A stretch of 64,000 nucleotides of DNA from an uncultured delta proteobacterium (GTDB lineage: Bacteria; Desulfobacterota; Binatia; UBA9968), in assembly GCA_963737905.1 (NCBI GenBank), contig CAVTUQ010000009.1, forward strand, positions 64,001 to 128,000, written 5' to 3'. This document shows, piece after piece, positions 58,766 to 64,000 of this stretch. Position numbers and translations under genes: made by a program. Positions within the stretch are counted from its first letter, which is position 1, and every line of letters starts with the position of its first letter. The notes below the pieces were generated by a model. That model was not told where the DNA came from. It did not search any database and was given only the letters and a program-made list of their open reading frames with translations.

Positions 58766-59764
58766 CTATTGAAAGCGTCCTTCCTTCTCGAGTTTTCTCA
58801 CGAATCGATCATCGACGAGATCCTCCGCTTTCAGGCGGCGGATTTTTTCGTTGGTGGTTCCAAGGAGCCGGATGACGTTGCGCACGCCATCGACCCGCGG
58901 GTAAATGCGCCGGTCGTAGAGCATGGGAAGGCTCTCGTAACCCTCCACGGCTTGCTCGACGTTAGGCAGACGAAGTCCTTTGGCCAAACTCTTGAGCACT
59001 GCCGGTTTGTTTTCCGGTTGGGCAATGAAGGCCATGGAGTCGACTATGCCGCGCAAAACGCTTTCGACAATTTCCGGAGATGATTTGGTGAAACTGCGTT
59101 TCGTCAGAACTCCCGTGCTTTGGAAGGGGATGGGTAGTTGGGCGAGGTCCGCAAGATTAGTGAAGCCCCGGCTTTTGAGCGGTGCCGCAAAGGTATACCC
59201 GAGATGGGTTGCTGCGACGGTGTCGTTGAGCAGTGCTTGACTCCGCACCGATTCATCGCCCAGGATGCGAAAGGTGATTCCGTCCCGTTTCGCGTCTAAG
59301 CCCCAGTACTCGAGGGCCAAGGTCGTGAACATCCAGCTGCCACCGCTCGGGCTGGTGACGGCTATAACCTTGCCCTTCAAGTCCGATGGACTTTTGATTT
59401 TCGGCGACGCCATGATGTTGCCGATGAGTTTATTAATCATGCCGGCGACAAACACCAGATCGGTCCCTTCCGCGGCGGAGCCGAGCACAGCGCCGGTGAC
59501 CGAGCCCTCGTGAAACTGAGATTCGCCCGCTGCAAGGGCGGCCATACCGATGGGTCCGTTGCGGACCTGAACAAACGTCAACTCCAGACCATACCGTCGG
59601 AAGAAGCCCTGGTCCTGCGCTACATACATGGCGGCCTCCCGCTCGCTGAACGAGCCCGTGGTCATGGTGACTTTGACCGGCGCCTGCGCCGCCCGCGCAG
59701 ACTGCATTGCGCTGGCAAACAATAGTGCAAACAGAAAGGGAAAACTTAAAATTTTTGTTTTCAT
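58766..59764 (-). CDS. ABC substrate-binding protein (SsuA/NMT1-like)
   Basis: Signal peptide, VAQDQGFFRRYGL, DLKGKVIAV. Confidence 0.85.
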   Translation of the reverse strand: MKTKILSFPFLFALLFASAMQSARAAQAPVKVTMTTGSFSEREAAMYVAQDQGFFRRYGLELTFVQVRNGPIGMAALAAGESQFHEGSVTGAVLGSAAEGTDLVFVAGMINKLIGNIMASPKIKSPSDLKGKVIAVTSPSGGSWMFTTLALEYWGLDAKRDGITFRILGDESVRSQALLNDTVAATHLGYTFAAPLKSRGFTNLADLAQLPIPFQSTGVLTKRSFTKSSPEIVESVLRGIVDSMAFIAQPENKPAVLKSLAKGLRLPNVEQAVEGYESLPMLYDRRIYPRVDGVRNVIRLLGTTNEKIRRLKAEDLVDDRFVRKLEKEGRFQ

Positions 59765-59866
59765 TGCATCCTCTGGTGAATCGGCGATTGTGGAACGGTT
59801 CCGACGTTAATGAAATTGCTTAGAATCGTCAAGCCGGAGTCGCGCGATGATCATACCGCGCTTAGC

Positions 59867-60733
59867 TCATAGTTTTTCCCAGGAGATCAGAAAGACGCCA
59901 ACAATCACGAGCACTGTCGCGCCGATCTTTCGCGGCGTGAGCCTTTCGACATCTTTGAGAAGCAGCATCGAGAGCGGCAAGACAAAAAGAGAGGAGGCGT
60001 TCACTAGCGGCGAGATAATCGAAACTCGCTCCAAACTGAGGGCCATGTAGATCAAAACATATGAGAGAAAGTTCATGAATCCGGAGATTGCAAAGCAACT
60101 CAAGCCAACCTTGGCGGATGGCGGCAGCGGTTTCTTTTCGCCAAAGATCAAGTACATGGCGCCCATCGTGAAAAGTGACGTTGTTGCCGCGATGGCGGCA
60201 CCGACGACAGGCGAGGGAATCTGGACTACGGCAAAACGCACGAGGTTATCCCGGCCAGCGAAGAGCAAGGCCGCGGCAAGCGGAAAGCCGAGATCGCGTG
60301 TGCGCCAGGTCCTGGCGACTCCTTTCCATGACAGCGCGATGATTCCCCCGACGATGGAAACGGCGCCAAGAATATTGCTCGCCGTGGGTTGCTCTCCAAG
60401 AAACGCTATGGCGATGACGATCGCAAAAAACGGCCCGGCATTGGTCAGGCAGGAGGAGATCGTCGCTCCGAGGCGCTCCATGCTTTTGAAGATAAAAAAG
60501 CGCGCAACCCCGGGTACAAAAACGCCGACGGCGACGAAGATGCTGTTGACCGGCAGCCATAGCTCGATCGGGTCGATGAACAAGAGGACGTAGAGCCAAA
60601 GGAATACTGCGTTGACGCTCAGATTGGCGAGCAGGCCTCTGAAGTAGTCGATGGATAGCACCCCGCGATTGATGAAGGTCATCGCAGCCGCGAACCAGAA
60701 CGAACCGAAAAGCGCGAGGAAAATGGCGAACAT
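59867..60733 (-). CDS. EamA/DMT-family transporter
   Basis: Hydrophobic repeats, FLGE, VSIISPL; paralogous to 31478-32356. Confidence 0.85.
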   Translation of the reverse strand: MFAIFLALFGSFWFAAAMTFINRGVLSIDYFRGLLANLSVNAVFLWLYVLLFIDPIELWLPVNSIFVAVGVFVPGVARFFIFKSMERLGATISSCLTNAGPFFAIVIAIAFLGEQPTASNILGAVSIVGGIIALSWKGVARTWRTRDLGFPLAAALLFAGRDNLVRFAVVQIPSPVVGAAIAATTSLFTMGAMYLIFGEKKPLPPSAKVGLSCFAISGFMNFLSYVLIYMALSLERVSIISPLVNASSLFVLPLSMLLLKDVERLTPRKIGATVLVIVGVFLISWEKL

Positions 60734-60909
60734 GATGACTAAACGGAAAACTTACCTTGTGTAGGCTGCTCAATCAATTGATGCGGCGGGTAGTAAGACT
60801 ATACAAACCTTCATTCTGCCTCTGGCGCAAAAAGCCATTGACTGCGTTGCAATCCGAAGAGTAGATTATGAAAAATGCTTTACAACGAAAATTGCCACGG
60901 AGGTGAACT

Positions 60910-62001
60910 ATGACCCGGCCCTTTCCAGTCATCGATGCAGATGGTCATGTGATCGAGCGCGATCGCGAGCTGCGGGAGTTTCTTCCAAACCCGACGGGCG
61001 GCGCTCAAGGCAAGCGACGCTACGCGCTCTTTCCCTGGGACGGTTGGGCGCGTGGGGGCGGCCTTTCGCCCCATCGGCGCGAACATCCCGATCCGGCGCG
61101 CTGGATAAGTTTTCTCGATGCCTGCGGCATCACGGCCACCGTACTCTACCCTAGCGATGGCTTGAGCCTCGGTTTGCTGCACGACGCCGACAGGGCCGTA
61201 GCTATCGCCCGCGCCTACAACGATTGGTTGTATCATTATTTTCTCCACGTAAGCTCGCGCTTCCAGGGAGTGGCGCTGTTGCCGGTGCAGGATCCGCTTG
61301 AAGCTGCCAAAGAACTGGAGCGTTGTGTGGAGAACTTGGGCGTGGTCGGCGGCATGCTCGTTGGCGTCATGAATCCCATGCGCGGATACGGCCTGCCGCA
61401 GTTTGATCCGATCTTAGCCATGGCTGAGAAACTTGACGTTGCGCTCGCCGTGCATGCCGGGTCGGCGGCAGAGTTGGGTTTGGACCATATGCAGAGTTTC
61501 GCCGGCGTCTACCCACTGAGCCATCCGTTCGCGCAGATGCAGCAGCTGACGAGCATGATGATCCACGGCGTGTTTGAGCGATTCCCGCGATTGCGGGTCG
61601 CCTTCCTGGAGGCGGGCTGTGGCTGGGTGCCCTATCTGATGCATCGCCTGCAAGAGAGTTGGGAGCATCGACTGGATCGGTGGCCTTACCAAGCGAGCCG
61701 ATCGCCCAGGGAGATCATGCGGAGCGGCAACCTCTTTTATTCCTGCGAGACCGGCGAGGAAACGCTCGCCGCCGTGGCCGATTGGATGGGCAGCACGCAG
61801 TTGCTCTGGCCGTCGGACTTCCCCCATGAGAAGCCATGGGAGGAATTCAGCGGTGATCTCGATGCATTCATAGGACGCAAGGACCTGTCCGAAGCGACGG
61901 CGCGCCAGATTCTATGGGAGAATCCTTGTCGGCTCTACGGTCTGTCTAAGGAAAAACTTTCCGCCGATACGTCATCCGAGCAAAATCAGTCGGCCGCATA
62001 G
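60910..62001 (+). CDS. Amidohydrolase_2 family protein
   Basis: IDADGH, AYNDWL, FLEAGCGWVP, WPSDFPH; GGAGGT RBS. Confidence 0.9.
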   Translation: MTRPFPVIDADGHVIERDRELREFLPNPTGGAQGKRRYALFPWDGWARGGGLSPHRREHPDPARWISFLDACGITATVLYPSDGLSLGLLHDADRAVAIARAYNDWLYHYFLHVSSRFQGVALLPVQDPLEAAKELERCVENLGVVGGMLVGVMNPMRGYGLPQFDPILAMAEKLDVALAVHAGSAAELGLDHMQSFAGVYPLSHPFAQMQQLTSMMIHGVFERFPRLRVAFLEAGCGWVPYLMHRLQESWEHRLDRWPYQASRSPREIMRSGNLFYSCETGEETLAAVADWMGSTQLLWPSDFPHEKPWEEFSGDLDAFIGRKDLSEATARQILWENPCRLYGLSKEKLSADTSSEQNQSAA

Positions 62002-62089
62002 ACGATGGCCGCGAGAGTCCAAAGTCCTTTTAATTGTCCAGCGGCAAGTGAAAACGTCAGCAGTGGCGCCGCAAAACGTTGGTGAACGC

Positions 62090-63139
62090 TCAGCGTGTCG
62101 GCGCATAGAGCTGGGCAATGGCTCCGCTCTGATCGAGTTCTCGAACGAAGCGCATATCGATGAATCCCTGAGGGTCGGCGGTCTTGGCGCGAGGATCGCG
62201 CGCGCCGGCGAGATCGAAGATGGTCTGGACGGCGGCGGGCATGATGGAAGGAACCCGGGGAAACTGCTTCACGACGAAAGACTCATAGGCGTCCTCGAGC
62301 GCGTCGCGATCCTGAATATGCAGGTACTTCTTCATAATGGTCAGCGCCGCTTCCCGGTTCGTTTTTGCATAGTGTATAGCTTCGACGATGACACGGACGA
62401 CCCGCCGGACCGTATCCTCGTTAGTCCGCATGTAAGCCCGTCGCGTCACCAGTCCACCTTGCAGGAATGGAATACCCAGTTCGACGCCGTCGGCCACAAC
62501 CCGAAACCCTAAACGCCGGGCCTGTACGGTCTGTGGAGAGTCGAGCACAGTGGCGTCGAATTTTTTCGCCTCCATGGCGGCGAGACGAGTGGACGGACCG
62601 CCGCCCCCGGCTTGAACGATCTGCACGTCTTTTGTCTCATTGATCCCGAGTTTCCGCAGAATCAAGCGAAGCCCCCAGTCTGCGGCGGCACCGAACCGAC
62701 CGATGCCAATGATCTTTCCGCGCAGATCCTCAGGACGGCGGATCTCGGGACGAGTGATGAGCTGGTAAGAGTTCAAATTGCACCAGCCAGCCAGCACGAC
62801 CAGATCCAGGCCGTTCAGGTAGGGCCCGACAGCCAATCCGCCGGACATCGTGGCGAGGGGCGCCTGCCCGGCCGTGAGCGCTTGCACTGCCGGCGTGGAG
62901 TCCACATAAATCAAATCCGCCGTTAGCCCATGCCGCTCGAACAGGCCCGCCTCGCGGGCGAACCAAGTAGCAGAGTTTGTCATCGTGAACTGGCTGTAGA
63001 TGATCTTGAGCCGCTCCTGGCCCATTACCTGTCCAGGCGCGAAAATCGAGATGGCCGCGACTGCAGAGACAACAGCCACGACGACCGTGCTCCGTTTCAG
63101 AGTTTTCATGGCGCGAGCGTTCATTAGTTTTGCTTCCAT
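62090..63139 (-). CDS. ABC substrate-binding protein (SsuA/NMT1-like)
   Basis: Signal peptide, WFAREAGLFERHGL, DLRGKIIGIGRFG. Confidence 0.85.
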   Translation of the reverse strand: MEAKLMNARAMKTLKRSTVVVAVVSAVAAISIFAPGQVMGQERLKIIYSQFTMTNSATWFAREAGLFERHGLTADLIYVDSTPAVQALTAGQAPLATMSGGLAVGPYLNGLDLVVLAGWCNLNSYQLITRPEIRRPEDLRGKIIGIGRFGAAADWGLRLILRKLGINETKDVQIVQAGGGGPSTRLAAMEAKKFDATVLDSPQTVQARRLGFRVVADGVELGIPFLQGGLVTRRAYMRTNEDTVRRVVRVIVEAIHYAKTNREAALTIMKKYLHIQDRDALEDAYESFVVKQFPRVPSIMPAAVQTIFDLAGARDPRAKTADPQGFIDMRFVRELDQSGAIAQLYAPTR

Positions 63140-63310
63140 AATCGTGCTCCTTAAATCTGCTCTAACGCTATGCGAGTTCAGGCAGCGTGGTCAAGAAAAA
63201 AATCGGCAGAAAAAAATCGGCCGGACGCGATACTTATTTGGGCCTATAACTAAAGACAGTGGCTCTTTGGAAAGGAGTTGAGTCGCGCCTTTACAAATTG
63301 ACTTTCACTG

Positions 63311-64000
63311 TCAGAGGAGGTCCCGCTTGATGCGGCGCAACCAGGTGCGGGTGAAGAATAGCTTATCATCTTCGTATGCCGTCAGTTCAGCCTCCAGTAA
63401 GAAATCCTCGGGGCCCGAAGAGAAGCGAGTGTGCGTCTCGATACGGGGCTTCCAAGCGCCGCGGCGAAACCAGGTCTTTTGAATAATCTCAGCTTGAGCC
63501 ACCTCCGGATCCTCCTCGCCGATGCGAAAATGTTTGAGCATCGTATGGCCAACTTCCAGGTCGATGTCCTTGATCCGAGTTAGCTTTGTGCTGTCCAAGT
63601 CGCCGCGACTGCTGGAGACCGTGTAGAGGGTCTGGTTGGTGGCGCGGTCCCGCTCGATGATTCGCTTGAGGGGGGCAGGCCGAAGCTCGGTCGTTTCTGC
63701 TGCCGCGCATTCGGGCGATTCGAATGGTCTGAGCGTGGCATCTCTCGGGTCCGTCGGTCGCACCGGAACATCGATAAAACTCTCACCGGTGAAAAAGCTC
63801 ATCGTCACGGGCTGCGGCGCCGGCCAAGCGATGGGCCAGTAACTAGTGGAAATGGCCAAGCGCAATTTGTGGCCCGCGGGAAAGACGTGAGCGACATCAT
63901 TCATTGTTACACTCACTAGATAGCGCTCGCCCGGCTTTAGTGGTTCTGGATGATCATGACCGTCGCGATGCGTGAGGTTCAACAGTCCATAGGTTACGCG
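63311..64000 (-). CDS. CocE/NonD-family hydrolase, C-terminal part (5'-partial)
   Basis: VTYGLLNLTHR, FPAGHKLRLAISTSYWP of the PepX/CocE C-terminal domain. Confidence 0.8.
   Translation of the reverse strand, partial: RVTYGLLNLTHRDGHDHPEPLKPGERYLVSVTMNDVAHVFPAGHKLRLAISTSYWPIAWPAPQPVTMSFFTGESFIDVPVRPTDPRDATLRPFESPECAAAETTELRPAPLKRIIERDRATNQTLYTVSSSRGDLDSTKLTRIKDIDLEVGHTMLKHFRIGEEDPEVAQAEIIQKTWFRRGAWKPRIETHTRFSSGPEDFLLEAELTAYEDDKLFFTRTWLRRIKRDLL

Overview
A gene-dense bacterial chromosome segment with no rRNA, tRNA or CRISPR array that I could see. The many amidohydrolase_2 paralogues, orphan SsuA/NMT1-type binding proteins and Gram-negative envelope genes resemble soil 'Deltaproteobacteria'/Candidatus Binatia genomes, but the taxonomy is inference only. 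1-16.6 kb is mostly housekeeping: sirtuin, RidA, two SH3 envelope proteins, trpE-trpG with an unannotated Trp leader peptide/attenuator followed by a stand-alone archaeal-type ThrRS editing domain, IclR, a FadF-like Fe-S protein, an archaeal-type GAPDH-like protein and tldD-pmbA. The main candidate for an undescribed system is an 8-gene co-directional cluster at 17.0-31.3 kb: DUF4331 - TPR - HupE/UreJ - di-heme c lipoprotein - DUF4331 - catalase-like heme protein - GMC oxidoreductase - alpha-dioxygenase-like heme lipoprotein. It looks like an envelope-associated oxidative (possibly fatty-acid/oxylipin) system coupled to a His-rich metal-handling module. 31.5-40 kb is a mosaic accessory region (csp plus CTG-start DTW gene, integrase/IS91 remnant, gfa, gene fragments, an ABC transporter without a binding protein). 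40-64 kb holds catabolic amidohydrolase/monooxygenase/binding-protein genes interleaved with core genes (rlmD, pal). Intergenic spaces carry several families of palindromic and tandem-repeat hairpin elements, some nested. Four otherwise intact genes have single-base frameshifts, probably assembly errors. All family assignments come from motif recognition by eye, not database searches.
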